Source: Rhodospirillales bacterium
GTDB taxonomy: Bacteria > Pseudomonadota > Alphaproteobacteria > Bin95
Assembly (NCBI GenBank): GCA_038143065.1
Contig: JAYQLI010000012.1
Coordinates: 79,198-143,197, forward strand
DNA length: 64,000 nt
Reading direction: 5' to 3'
Translations under genes and position numbers: made by a program
Shown here: in pieces, positions 51,358-63,954 of the stretch
How the letters are laid out: each line of letters opens with the position of its first letter
How positions within the stretch are numbered: the stretch's first letter is position 1
The notes under the pieces: model-generated
The model's database searches: none
Seen by the model: only the letters and a program-made list of their open reading frames with translations
What the model was told of the DNA's origin: nothing

Positions 51358-52200
51358 ATGTCGAAGCCCTGCGCATACGTTCCTGGTAGTTTTGGCCGTG
51401 TCGCACTACTGGACATGGATCGCAATCTTGTGCGGCACGCTCATCCCCACTGCCATGTCCTTTTGAAAGTCGATGGTGCTGACACGCAGTTTCTTTGTCG
51501 GCGAGACTGTAGCGCACCTCACGGATGAAAGCGCTGGTTTTGAATGCCTGACGCCGCATGCCTATGTTCATAAGCCGGATCGGCCGCGTTGCCTAATCCT
51601 TGCCCTCTATATTGAACCGATCTGGCTGGCAGAGTTCCGAAAGAATTGGGCTTCGTCAGGCGATGCCGGGTTCTTCGCATCCGCCACAGGTGCCATAACG
51701 CTAAACATCCGCAAATTGTCGATGGCGCTGGCCACGTCCATGATCCATGCGCCGACGGATGTCGTAGAGCACGAGAAATTGCTCGGTGACCTGATGATCG
51801 CCGTGATCGAACGCTTTTCGAATGGCGCAGTGTCGGGGCGGGACTGCGCGAGGCGTCGCGCGTGCAATCGGTGGACTGGCGCGTACGAAAAGCCATAGCC
51901 ATGATCCGACGCGAACCGGGCGAGGTCGACAATATCGAGCGACTGGCGGCAGAGGCAGGCATGAGCCGCGCCAATTTCTTCCGTGTGTTCGAAGCCTCGA
52001 CCGGCGTAAGCCCGCGCGTCTTTCTGAATGTTGTGCGACTGGAGCAGGCCATTTTCGGAACAGTCAATGGCGATATGAGTTTTGGCCAAATGTCCGATAA
52101 GCTCGGCTTTTCCACCCAAGCGCACTTTACCCGCTTTTTCCGCGATCACGCCGGTGTTGCGCCCAGCCAGTTCCGGTCCATCGCCCGGATCGGGATATAG
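51358..52200 (+). CDS. AraC-family regulator of the furoate operon (frameshifted)
   Basis: GSFGRVALLDMD..LVRHAHPHCH cupin-like N-terminus; AGMSRANFFR..GFSTQAHFTRFFR...G..PS.FR HTHs. Confidence 0.82.
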
Positions 52201-52325
52201 CGAAGCCTTCCCTCTTTGAGACTCTAGGGTAAATTCTGCGATGCCTCGGTATCGATTTACAGCCAGATTGTAATCCAGCGTACCTGATAAGAGCTCGAAT
52301 ACGCTCATCAGGGAGGCTGCCATTA

Positions 52326-55255
52326 ATGGCATTTGATACAAAGACAGCGGACGTGGAAGAGCGCATCGAGGATGGCGCGCTCCTGTCCGGATCGGCACAC
52401 CATTGACGACCTGCCCTTCGCCGTAGGCACGTTGCACGCCGCTATTCTGCGCGCTCCATGCCCATGCCAGCATTGTCTCGATAGATAGTAGTCGCGCCCG
52501 CGCTTTGCCGGGTGTGGCTGCGGTAATCGACGGCACCGCCTTGGCCAAAGTGTCGGAACCCCTGATGGTCGGCGTCAAAATTCCGATCAAATGCTGGCCG
52601 ATGGCTGTGAATCGCGCGCGATATGTCGGGGAACCGGTGGTGGTTGTGCTGGCCGAAGACCGTTATGTTGCCGAAGATGCGCTTGACCTGATCGAGGTGA
52701 ACTACACCCCGTTACCGCCGGTGATCGACCCTGAAGCCGCCTTGGACATGAACGCGTATGTCCTGCACGAAGAACTTGAAAAACAACCTCGGTTCGGAAC
52801 GCACATTCCGCTATGGTGACCCAGAATCTGCCCGCGAGGCTGCTCCACGCTGCATCGCGGTCAAGGTCCGCTATCCCCGCAATTCCTGCACGCCGATGGA
52901 AACCTACGGGGTTCTGGCCGAATACGATCCGCACGGTACCGGATATGACATTCAGGCGAACTTCCAGGGTCCGTTTTCGATTCATCCCGTAATCGCGCGT
53001 GCGCTGAAGGTTCCTGGAAGCAAGCTGCGACTGCGCACCGCCGAATTCCGGCGGCAGTTTTGGGGTCAAGCAGGGAGTATTCCCCTATATCGTTCTGATG
53101 GCTGCCTGCGCCCGCATCGCGGCCCGCCCCGTGAAGTGGATCGAAGACCGTCTTGAGCACCTGACCGCGTCGGTGTCCGCAACCAACCGTGTCGTCGAAC
53201 TGCAAGCCGCCGTCGAGCCTGACGGCCGCGTGACAGCTCTGTTCTGGGATCAGATCGAAGATGTCGGAGCCTATCTGCGCGCTCCTGAACCGGCAACGCT
53301 CTACCGGATGCACGGTAATCTTTGCGGTGCTTACGACATTGCGAACCTTTCGGTTCGAAACAGGATCGTGATGACCAACAAGACGCCAACTGGCCTCAAC
53401 CGGGGTTTGGAGGGCCGCAGATCTACTACGCGCTGGAACGGCTAATGCAGAGGATCGCCCAGGAACTGGAACTTGATCCGCTTGACGTCATACGCCGCAA
53501 CCTGATTAGTTCTTTTCCCTACCGGACAGCCAGCGGAACCACTTATGACTCGGGCGATTATGTCCGCGCCTGATGTTGCACTGAATGACGGCCGTTATGG
53601 CGAGCTGCTGTCTCGACGTGATCTGGGCGCGCCGCGGGGCGGATCTATGGCATCGGCCTGACTGCTGCAGTCGAGCCGTCGGTTTCGAACATGGGCTATC
53701 TTTCCACGGCGCTGACGCCGGCGCAGCGCGCCAAATCTGGCCCGAAAAACGGCGCACATGCTGCAGCTACGATCTCGCTGGATCCAGTGGGATCTGTGAC
53801 TGTGCAAATAGACAGCGTGCCGCAAGGACAGGGGGCACCAGACGGTAGCGGCGAAACTGGTGAGCGGTGTTCTGGGACTTCGCTCCAAAGATGTCAGGGT
53901 TGTTGCCGAATTTGATACCGCCAAGGATGCCTGGTCCATCGCCGCCGGCAACTATTCCAGCCGGTTTGCAGCCTCCACTCTTTCGGCAGTGCAACTTGCC
54001 GCCGACAGACTGCGCCATCGCCTCGCGCGGATCGCTGCGGGGCAACTGAACGGCCGGCCGGAAGATATCGTCTTTGCCGGAGGGCGCGTACATCTGAATG
54101 GCAACCCTGAAGCCAGCATATCCTTTGCGCGTATCGCCTCGGCCAGCCATTGGGCTCCGGGAACGCTGCCCGACGATATGGACCCGTAGTTCGTGAAACA
54201 GCGATCTGGTCGCCCGAAGAATTGGCGGCACCTACTGGTGAGGATGGGATCAATTCCTCGCTGTGTCATTCCTTTATCTTTGATTTTTGTGGTGTAGAGA
54301 TCGACGCGGTCTCCGGTCAGGTTCGGGTCGACCGTTGTGTTACTATGCATGACTGTGGGCGCGTTCTGCATGCCGGCATGGTCGAAGGACAAATTCGCGG
54401 CGCTTTCGCGCAGGCGATCGGCGCATCTCTGTTCGAAGAGTTCGCCTACGGTCCGGACGGGGCCTTTCTGGCAGGCACCTTCGCGGATTATCCGGTGCCG
54501 ACCGTTCTGGAAATCCCAACCTTGGATATCCTGCATATCGAAACGCCGTCGCCGCTGACGCTGACCGGTGCCAAAGGTGTCGGAGAGGGCAACTGCATGT
54601 CGACGCCGGTCTGCGTAGCCAATGCCGTCGCCGACGCACTGGCGCCGAAGTGTGGCGCGGTCGACCTTGTCCTGCCGCTGACGCCCGCGCGTATTGCCGA
54701 ATTTCTGGACGCCGAACCTGCAGCACCGAAGGCTACCAACCCGCCGCACCTACGACAGGCAAGGGCCTGACGGGGCGAGGCAGACCAAGGTGTCCGCGTC
54801 GCCGCAGGCAATCTGGGGATCTGTTGATGGACCCGGAACAACTTGCAGCGATTATTCCAGGGGCCCACGGCGTCACCCAGCCCAGCGAAGACCGGTTCAG
54901 CGCCGATGTGACCCTTGGTGTTGGACCGGTAAAGGGCCGCTACAAGATCGATGTCGCGCTCAGCGAGTTTGATCCGCCAAGCTCCGCCCTCTTGACGGGG
55001 CGTGCCGCCGGTGCGCTTGGCATGGGTGAGGGAACGGGACACGTCAGTTTGACCGTGCTGCCTGATGGCGGAACCGAGATCGCCTATGAATACGAAGCCC
55101 GTGTCGGTGGCAAGGTCGCCTCCGTGGGCGGTCGCCTGCTGGATGGTGCGGCGCGCATCGTGATCGGGCAGTTCTTTACGGCCCTAGGTCGTCGGGCCGG
55201 TGGCCAGCGGAGTCTTTTTGCACGTCTGTTCGTATGGATCGGAGATGGTAAATGA
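52326..55255 (+). CDS. hmfA: 2-furoyl-CoA dehydrogenase large (Mo) subunit with C-terminal CoxG/SRPBCC domain; many frameshifts
   Basis: ERIED.ALL.G, RYVGEPV, PVKWIEDRLE, PTGLNRG, GAKGVGEG, then CoxG-like GGKVASVGGRLL; gene order matches hmfABCDE. Confidence 0.78.
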
Positions 55256-56076
55256 AACCTGCTCCCTTTGACTATTTGCGGGCTGGCACGGTTCAGGAGG
55301 CACAGGCAGCGCTGGCTGCCGAAGGCGAAGGCGCCCAGGTCATCGCCGGCGGCCAGTCGCTGGTCGCAATGCTGAACATGCGCCTTGCGCGGCCGACCCT
55401 GCTGGTGGACGTAATGCATGTGGCGGGCGGTGCCGAGATACGAGTTGAGCGCGGTCAACTGGTCGTGCCCTTCGCCGTGCGTCAAGCGGCTCTTTTAAAT
55501 CGACGGGATCTCCTGTCTGAGTGCCCTTGCTGGCCGCTGCCCTGCCGTGGGTCGGTCACGTCCAGACACGGGCGCGGGGTACGGTTTGCGGCTCTGTCGC
55601 GCATGCTGATCCGTCTGCGGAAATCGCTTTGGCTCTGGTGGCCCTCGACGGCAGGGTACATCTGCGCGGGCGCGGTGCGCGCCGCCTTCCCCGCTGCCGA
55701 ATTTTTCACCGGTATGATGCAGACCGCCGCCAGACCGGACGAGATGATCGAAGCGGTCAGCTTCCCGCTCTCCCAAGAAGGCACCGGACACGCCTTCAAC
55801 GAGGTAGGCATACGCCACGGCGATTTTGCCATTGTTTCCGTTGCCGCAATCGCCACCGGCGACCGACTACGGCTCGCCATCGGTGGCGTCAACGACACGC
55901 CGCTGGTGCGCGATTGGTCCTCGCTGGATGAGCGGCAGGTCGACGACGCGCTCAACGATCTCGCTTGGTCGCTCGATGCCCGCAACGATCTCCACGCCAC
56001 CGCCCGCTACCGCCGGGATCTTGTGCGGCGACTGGGGCGCAAAACCATAAAGGAGGCCCGCCAATGCGCCGCCTGA
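55252..56076 (+). CDS. hmfB: 2-furoyl-CoA dehydrogenase FAD-binding subunit (frameshifted)
   Basis: MKPAPFDY, AGGQSL..MLNMRLARP, RGTVCGSVAHADPSAE, RHGDFA. Confidence 0.78.
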   Translation: MKPAPFDYLRAGTVQEAQAALAAEGEGAQVIAGGQSLVAMLNMRLARPTLLVDVMHVAGGAEIRVERGQLVVPFAVRQAALLNRRDLLSECPCWPLPCRGSVTSRHGRGVRFAALSRMLIRLRKSLWLWWPSTAGYICAGAVRAAFPAAEFFTGMMQTAARPDEMIEAVSFPLSQEGTGHAFNEVGIRHGDFAIVSVAAIATGDRLRLAIGGVNDTPLVRDWSSLDERQVDDALNDLAWSLDARNDLHATARYRRDLVRRLGRKTIKEARQCAA

Positions 56077-56572
56077 TTGCTGACCAAACGCATTCCATCA
56101 GTCTGAAACTGAATGGAAAACCGGTATGCAGAGGCGGAGCCCGCATGCTGCTGTCCGATTTTATACGACACGTTCTTGGCGCCAAGCGGGCACCCATGTT
56201 GGCTGTGAACACGGCGTCTGCGGAGCTTGTACGGTTCGCATGGACGACGGTCTCGCCCGTAGCTGCCTGACACTGGCGGTGCAGGCCGACGGAGCCGAAA
56301 TCGAAACCGTGGAACATCTGGCGCCAGCACCGGGCTCCCTGTCCGTGCTGCAAAATTCATTTCGCCGCCATCATGCCCTGCAATGCGGGTTTTGCACGGC
56401 GGGTATCCTAATGTCCCTCGACACACTGTTGCACGATCATCCTGAGGCAGGCGAAACCGAAATCCGCGACGCGCTTGCCGGCCATCTGTGTCGCTGTACC
56501 GGATACGAGCCGATTGTCACTGCCGCGATGGAAGCGGCTAAAATTCTGCAAAAGGAGCGTTTGAATGCTTGA
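56064..56572 (+). CDS. hmfC: 2-furoyl-CoA dehydrogenase 2Fe-2S subunit (frameshifted)
   Basis: GCEHGVCGAC, QCGFCT, HLCRCTGY. Confidence 0.8.
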
Positions 56573-58108
56573 TCTCGGCAGATCATTTCTGGCCTCTGTG
56601 GCCCGTGACCCGAATGCAGTTGCGCTGGTTGATGGCGACCTTCAATTGACCTACGCCGAATGGCTGCCGCGTGTCGCGGCTCTGGCCGATGGATTGCACC
56701 GCGTGGGTCTGAAAAAGGGTGATCGTTTGGTCACGGCCCTGCAAAACACCGCAGACGCGGCAACGCTACACTGGGCCTGCCAGTTTACGGGCGTGGTCAT
56801 CGTTCCGATCAACTGGCGTGTGACACCGGATGAACTTGATTTCGTGCTGGATGACGCAGAAGGCACGGCGCTGGTTTTCGACGCCTCCAGCGAAGACGCT
56901 GTCAAAGGTTCGCTCAGGGCTGCGGGAATGCCGTGGATTTCTGTTGAAGCCAACTGCAAGGACGCAATCGATATAGCTGAATTGTACCAGGCTCAGGCCG
57001 ACGCAATGCCCGTGGCCGGACCGGACGACCTGTCTCTGATGTTCTACACCTCCGGTACCACGGCGAAGCCAAAGGGCGTGCCGCGAAGGCACCAAGCCGA
57101 ACGCGCTGCAGCGTTGGCGCATGTGGCACAGAACCTAATGCCGCAGGGTGAGCGCACGCCGAGCGTCATGCCTCTCTATCATACGATGGGTGTGCGGTCG
57201 CTGCTGGCTGTGATGTTGCTGGGAGGACGCTTTGTCTGCCTGCCGCGTTTTGATGTGAAAACTGCGCTTCGATTGATAGAGGATCACGCTATTTCAAGCC
57301 TTTATCTGGTTCCGACGCTCTACCACGATATGCTGGCGCATGAAGATTTCGTAACGACTGACATCTCCTCGGTCCGCAGGCTAGGCTTTGCCGGCGCGTC
57401 GATGACTGACGGACTGTTGCGCCGTCTCAACGTCGCTTTCAAGCCAGACCTGTTCGTCAACCACTACGGTTCTTCAGAGGTTTTTACGTTTTCAATCAAC
57501 CAGAAGGCATCTCTCAAACAGGGCTCAGCCGGACGCGCCGGTTTGAATCAGCATCTGCGTATTGTCTCCGTCGGCAGTGGCGACCCGAGGGCCGAGGTGA
57601 GCGTAGGCCAAGAAGGCGAGATCATCGCAACCCTGGCAGGGGATGAGGCCTTTGAAGGATACTGGCGCCGGCCCGAGTCAGACGCCAAGGCGCTACGCGA
57701 CGGATGGTATTTCACAGGTGACCTGGGCCGGGTGGATTCGGACGGCGACCTATTCGTGACCGGCCGTGTGGATGACATGATCATATCGGGCGGAGAGAAT
57801 GTCAGCCCGGTCGAGGTCGAAAGCTGCCTGTCCTTACTACCCAGCGTCAGCGAATGTGCGGTTGTTGGACTGCCGGATGAACGTTGGGGCAATGTCGTAA
57901 CCGCCTTCGTGCGCCGCTCCGGCCGCTAACACCTGATGAAATTGACAGTCACTGCCGGAATTCGGGGCTTGCCGGATACAAGCGACCCCGCCGCATCATA
58001 TTTGTCAACGATCTGCCGAAATCGCCGGTCGGTAAGCTGCTGCGCCGCGTTCTGGCGGCTGGCAAATACAATCCCGAAACCACTGACGCCTCTGCTGTTG
58101 AGAAATAA
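56565..58108 (+). CDS. hmfD: 2-furoate-CoA ligase (frameshift near 57925)
   Basis: MLDLGRSFL N-terminus, YTSGTT.KPKGVPR...AERAAALAHVAQ, NHYGSSE, KSPVGK. Confidence 0.8.
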
Positions 58109-58125
58109 CCTTTTAGGAGAAAACA

Positions 58126-58921
58126 ATGACCGACACTTCAACAGACCCCCGCCTAAGCGACCTTGACGGGTTCCGGGTCGAGATCGACCCGGACCGCCAA
58201 CGCGGCGACATCATTCTGTCTCGCCCGCCGATGAACGTCATTTGGATGGGGCAGCGGGACCAGCTGCGGGTGGCTTTCGAGAAACTGGACGCGGACGATC
58301 GGGTCCGGGTTATTGTCCTGCGCGCCAGGGGGCAATTTCTCGTCGGGCGGTTACATCAAAGGTTTCCTTGATGCCTCGCCCGAGCATGTCAGCCATCTTG
58401 CGGACAATATCGCCGCGCCCTGGCGCTGCGCGAAACCCTGTGATTGCGGCCAATCAGGGCTACACGTTCGGCGTCGGCTTTGAAATTTCGCTGGCATGCG
58501 ATTTCCGGATTGCCACGCACGGCACGCGCTATGCCCTGCCGGAACAAACTCGGCCAGATTCCTGGTTCTGGCGGTTCCGCCCGCCTTATGGGCCTGATCG
58601 GCCTTGCCCGCACCAAAGACGTCGTCATGCGCTCGCGCCGGATATCCGGCGAGCAGGCGCGCGATTGGGGCATTGTCGTCGACTGCGTGGCAGTTGACCA
58701 ACTAGTCGCAGCGACCGACGCGCTGGTTGCAGAGCTGGTGGCGTTTTCGCCGCTGGCGCAACGCACGGCCAAGAAACTTCTGAATGACAGCGAGAATGCG
58801 ACTGTCGCCTCAGGAGTGAGTTGGAGGGCCACTGTTATAGCCGCCTGCGCCAATCCGAAGATTTCGCAGAAGGCGTTCGCGCTTTTCACGAAAAACGCAG
58901 CCCGCATTCCGCGGATGCTGA
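58126..58921 (+). CDS. hmfE: 2-oxoglutaroyl-CoA hydrolase (crotonase family), frameshifted
   Basis: LDGFRVEID...RGDIIL.RPP.NVI...QRDQLR, FGVGFEISLACDFR, GQIPGSGGSARL. Confidence 0.78.
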
Positions 58922-58954
58922 ACAAAACACCTAAAAACTTCTGGAGGAAACCTG

Positions 58955-60118
58955 ATGAGACTTAACCTTTTAACGACGACAACAATAGCGATGCTGCTGG
59001 CGTCCGGCGCCTACGCGCAGGAAACTATCAAGATCGGTGTGCTTACGCCTCTGTCCGGCACCTATGCCGGCATCGGTCAGCAGGTCCGCTGGGGCATAGA
59101 CCAGTCGGTGGAAGAGATCAACGCTGCCGGCGGGATCGCCGGTCGTCAGATCGAACTTGTCTATGAGGACAGTGAGGCAAATCCCGCAGTTGCCGTCACC
59201 AAGGCAGAGAAGCTGTTCACGGTCGACAACGTTGACTTCTTAACCGGTACCGTCAATTCCGGAGCCACGCTGGCTGTAGGCCAAGTCGCTGATCGGGCCG
59301 ACAAGCTTATCGCGACAACCGTGTCGTTTTCAGATGCGATCACCGGTTCGGTTGTTCACCGAACGTCTTTCGAGTCAACGCGCGCGGGCCAGCAATCGGT
59401 GGCGCTTGCGGCATGGCTAAAGCAGGAAAAACCGGGAGCAAAAGTCTATTACCTTGGTCCGGACTATGAAATGGGCCGCTCCACCGTCGCCGCGTTCAAA
59501 GAGAGAGCCGAAAGTGTCGGTGCGACATCGACCGGCCAGGTTTTGCTCCGCTCGACTCAAAGGACTATTCGCAATATTTCGGTCAGTTGCGTGCGGCACG
59601 TCCCGATGTCCTCTATACATCGGTCGCCGGCAATGACACCGTGCGTCTGTTCACACAAATGAATGATTTCGGCGTTAGCGATGGCCTCACCATCCTTGGC
59701 GCATCGGGTACCGTGACAGCGCAGAACATCAATGCGATCGGTGCTGCGGCCGAAGGGTTCATTACCGGCGTTGGGTATTCCGTGCTTATCGACTCCCCGG
59801 AGAATAAAGCCTTTACTGAGGCATTCCGCGAGAAGGAACGGTGCTGATCCGGACCTGTACGGTGCCGACAGCTATGGTTTGCTGTTCGCCTACAAGGCGG
59901 CTGTCGAAGCTGCGGGTGCAACAGACACCGACTCGGTCCGCGCCTCGCTGGAAGGTCTGTCCTGGGACACGCCGCAAGGCACTAAGACCATTCGGGCGGG
60001 CGACCATCAGGCGATGCAGCCGATGTATGTCGTTGAAGTAAAGAACGGCCAGTTCACCATCGCAAGAAGTATCGCTGGCGAAGATGCCATCGGTCCTGAC
60101 ACCTGCGACAAATTCTGA
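58955..60118 (+). CDS. HAAT (LivK-like) ABC solute-binding protein, frameshifted
   Basis: Signal peptide, IKIGVLTPLSG, EINAAGGI.GR, DYEMG, TPQG....R..DHQ. Confidence 0.85.
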
Positions 60119-60125
60119 GCGCCCT

Positions 60126-61017
60126 ATGCCCGATCTGATCTCATATCTCCAATTCGTGCTGGCACCACAGATGCTTAATGGCCTTGCGCTGGGGGTCTCG
60201 GTGATCCTTGTGGCACTTGGACTGACGATTATTTTTGGGCTTCTGGACGTAATTAACATGTCCCACGGCGAGTTCTACGCCGTGGGAGCCTTCGGTGCGC
60301 TGGCGCTTTCCGCCCTGGGTTTCAACTACTGGGTACTGATCGCGCTGGTCCCGATCCTAATGATCCCAATCGGGGTGCTGACGGAACGCTTTCTGATCCG
60401 CCGGGTCTATGATGGCGGGGACAGGCATGTGTCGACCCTGCTGCTGACCTTCGGTCTGGGCATGATTGCCGAAGACCTGCTGAAGATCGTATTCGGCCCC
60501 AACACGCATCGCCCCGAGAACCCGTTGCCAGGTGCCACGGAGGTTTTGGGTGTTTTCATCCCTACCTACAGGCTGTTTCTTATTGCAATCGGTGCCGTGG
60601 TGATCGTTGCGGTGGCGCTGGTAGTCTATCGTACCCGTCTGGGCGCGATGGTTCGCGCCGCAGCCTTTGATCGCAATATGGCGGCTTCGTTGGGCGTCCG
60701 TGTCGGTTGGGTCTATTCAGGCGCTTTTGCATTTGGCGTGGCACTGGCCGGTCTGGCAGGGGTTTTGCTGGCACCGATCTATTCGGTCTTCCCAACAATG
60801 GGTCATGACTTCATCCTGATGGCCTTTACCGTCGTTATCGTCGGCGGCATGGGATCGATATCGGGTGCAGTAATCGCCGGGGTCCTGCTTACGCAGGTCA
60901 GGCCATTTCAACCTGGTCATTTCGCCCGTCTGGGCCGATCCGATTGTCTTCGGCGTCATGGTCCTTGTTCTTATGTTCCGCCCGCAGGGCATATTCGGGA
61001 GGATCGGTCATGCATGA
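60126..61017 (+). CDS. HAAT ABC permease (LivH-like)
   Basis: ALGLTIIFG...VINMSHGEF, VIVGGMGS. Confidence 0.85.
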
Positions 61018-62030
61018 TCGTCTAGATATATCCATGCGCGCAAACCACGTGTTCTTTGGGATTCTGGTTATTGTGGCGCTTGTTTCGCAGCTTTCGCCTG
61101 CTTCAGCGGCGACGTTTTCTATCTGCGCCTTGCGACCGAGGCGCTGATCCTTGGGGGTCTGGCGCTATCGATCGACATCCTTCTAGGGTTCACCGGTCTT
61201 CTGTCTCTTGGGCAGGCGCTATATTTCGGTATCGGGGCATATGTCTCAGCGCTTGTACTGCGCGAGGAGCCGTCGTTCTGGCTCGCCATGGGCGCAGCGG
61301 GCGTCTCAGTCCTGCTGGCCGGTATTGCTGGCGGGCTTATCGCCAACCGTGTGCGCGGCGTGTATTTCGCGCTGATAACCTTTGGCATGGCGCAGGTCGT
61401 CGCCAAGGTTGTCTATAACAGTCGGGAACTGGGAGCCTCAGATGGCCTAATTGGCATTCCCGTGATCGAAATTCCGCTCGGCTTAATCACTCTGTCAGCA
61501 GGCGATCCACTGGGGGTTCTTCCTGCTTGCGCTGGTGATCATAGCGCTGCTCTATTCCGTGTCGGCTTACCTGCTGGGGACGCCGTTCGGCCGGATCATC
61601 ATTGCGCTGAAAGCCAATGAAAAGCGCGTGCCTTATCTGGGGTATTCGACATGGGCTGCCAGAATGGCCGCCTATGTGCTTGCGGCTGTGATCGCCGGGC
61701 TTGCCGGTGCGCTCTATCCGATGCTGCGCGGGTTCGTCTCGCCGGAACTGCTGTTCTTCGCGACATCGGGCGATGCGCTGATCATGGTGATCGTCGGCGG
61801 TGCCGGCACTCTGGCCGGCGCGATTTGGTGCAGTGATCCTGACCATGCTGAAGTCCGTTATCGGAAGTTGGACAGAACACCACCTGATCGTGATTGGCTT
61901 GATCTTTATGAGTGCGATCCTGTTCATGCCCAAGGGCATAGTTGGCATGTTGAAGCCTTTCGTCGAACGCAACCTGTTGCGCAACAGCGCACGGCAACCC
62001 AAGCCTGAAGTGGAAAGGACGGCGCTATGA
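61010..62030 (+). CDS. HAAT ABC permease (LivM-like), frameshifted
   Basis: G.TGLLSLGQ, RGVYFALIT, VIVGG.GT fragments across frames. Confidence 0.8.
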
Positions 62031-62767
62031 CCGATATCATGCATGTGGAGGGTCTGTGCATTGCCTTTGGTGGGCTCAAGGCCGTTGACGGCGTCAGTTT
62101 TACTGCCGAACGCAATAAAATCACCACGGTGATCGGCCCGAACGGTGCAGGCAAAACTACGTTGTTCAACCTGATTTCCGGCGCTCTTAAACCGAGTGGC
62201 GGGCGCGTTATCATCAAAGGCAAAGATGTGACCGGGAAGGGCCTGCGGCCCTGCAGGAGGCCGGCCTGGCCCGGTCTTTCCAGATCACTAACCTGTTCTT
62301 CGAGATGACCGTTCGGGAAAACCTGCGCCTTGCCGCCCAGCGTCTGGAGCCGGTCAGGCAGGCCTTGCTGCCTCTGCGCAGACACGGTCGCGCGGCGGAC
62401 AAGGTCACTGCACTGATCGAGCGGTTCGGTTTTGCGGAAAAGGCGCATGAAATTGTCGCGGCTCTCAGCCACGGGGAACACCGGCGGCTGGAGATCGCGA
62501 TGTGTCTGGCTTCTGAGCCCCAGGTCCTGATGCTCGACGAACCGACCCAGGGGATGAGCCACGGCGACACCAAGGATACGGCGCAGTTGATCCGCAGTCT
62601 GACTGACGAAGTAACGATTCTGCTGATCGAGCATGACATCGGCCTGGTGATGTCCCTGTCGGACCACGTGGTGGTCATGCATCAGGGCCGCAAGCTAGCC
62701 GAAGGCATACCGGCAGAGGTTCGCGCCGACAGTGCGGTCCAGGCTGCCCTATTTTGGACACGGGTGA
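62027..62767 (+). CDS. HAAT ABC ATPase (LivG-like), frameshifted
   Basis: FGGLKAVD, GPNGAGKTT, LSHGE.RRLE, LDEPT, IEHD. Confidence 0.85.
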
Positions 62768-62772
62768 GAGAT

Positions 62773-63469
62773 ATGCTTAAAATTGATCAATTGCATGCAC
62801 ATTACGGACTTGCCCATGTCTTACAAGGTGTCAGCCTCACGGCAGATGCCGGCGAGGTTATCGGCCTGTTCGGACGCAACGGCGTCGGGAAGACGACGTT
62901 TTTCAAAACCATCGCCGGGTGGCTGCGCCCGACAGACGGTTCCATCACGCTGGATGGCGAGACGTTGACCAGGCATTTGCCCGATTTCATTAATCGTGCG
63001 GGCGTGGCTATAGTTCCCGAGGATCGCCGATCTTCCCGGCCTGTCCGTCGAGGAAAATCTGGTGCTTGGCCTGATGGGCCGCAAGGGCGGCAGCAGTAAG
63101 TCGCATCTAGACACGGTTTATGACCGGTTCCCCGCCTTGCGGAGCGCCGCAAACAGGCCGGAAACACCCTGTCTGGTGGCGAGCAGCAGATGCTGTCGAT
63201 GGCTCGTGTCATGGTGGCCGAACCGCGTGTCGTCCTAATCGACGAGCCCTCGGAAGGCTTGGCACCTATGATCGTTGTCGAGGTTTTCGCCATCATCCGC
63301 GAAATGCGCGAAAGCCGGAACTATCGTCCTGCTGGTGGAGCAAAACGTCCACGAGGCGATTTCGCTTTGCGACAGATTCATGGTGCTGGAACGCGGTCAG
63401 GCGATCCTGACGGGCGAGGGCGACGATGATGACGACCGCAAGCGCTTGCTCGACGTTCTGGCGGTATAA
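62773..63469 (+). CDS. HAAT ABC ATPase (LivF-like), frameshifted
   Basis: GRNGVGKTT, VPEDRR, LSGGEQQML, DEPSEGLAP, VEQN. Confidence 0.85.
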
Positions 63470-63620
63470 ATATCAAGGTGCGGTTCAAATCTGCAAAAAC
63501 TCAGATGGTCCGGACGGCGCGCGGCTCTTTGGAGGTTGCCGAGTTCGGGCAGGGCGCGCCGGTGGTCCTGTTGACAAGGATTCGGAACGTGGGCCTGAGG
63601 CTCTGCTGTAAGGATTAGGT

Positions 63621-63780
63621 GGTGCTGTCAGACTAATGATTGCAAGCATCAGATTGATGGAGACGTCAGGAAATTTATGCGCTCAATAGTTGACGCCACT
63701 CAGCCAGAGCGGCGGCGCGGTTTTAACTAAAAAAATTGATGCGTGAGTGGCGATCAGTTACCAAACAAATTCCAGCCCAA
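63621..63780 (-). mobile_element. IS6-family right-end fragment
   Basis: IR GGTGCTGTCAGACTAA at 63621; minus strand encodes NRAAALAEWRQL, an IS6 transposase C-terminus. Confidence 0.75.
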
Positions 63781-63918
63781 TGAATCTACAACGCTAATAA
63801 TAAAGGCCCGTGGTCAGGGACGGGCCTTATGATGGGGAGCCCCGGTCCGCGGTCCTCGGCTTAACCGTAGGGATCAGGCGCAGTAACCCCTGATTAACTC
63901 TGTTTTGATCTGACGTTT

Positions 63919-63954
63919 CGTTGTGGGTAGCGTTGTGGGTAGCGTTGTGGGTAG
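63919..63954. repeat. Perfect 12-bp tandem repeat, three copies
   Basis: CGTTGTGGGTAG at 63919, 63931 and 63943. Confidence 0.9.

Noticed and set aside
51607-52590. 327-aa minus-strand ORF and similar long shadow ORFs (18526..19233, 35013..35690, 53952..54749, 61924..62682)
   Set aside because: Antisense to well-supported genes in GC-rich sequence, with no recognisable motifs
52326-56572. Aerobic CO dehydrogenase (coxLMS/G)
   Set aside because: The active-site loop reads GLNRG, not AYXCSFR, and the adjacent CoA ligase and crotonase fit hmfABCDE
63919-63954. CRISPR array
   Set aside because: Contiguous 12-bp units with no spacers and no cas genes; no repeat-spacer array was seen elsewhere
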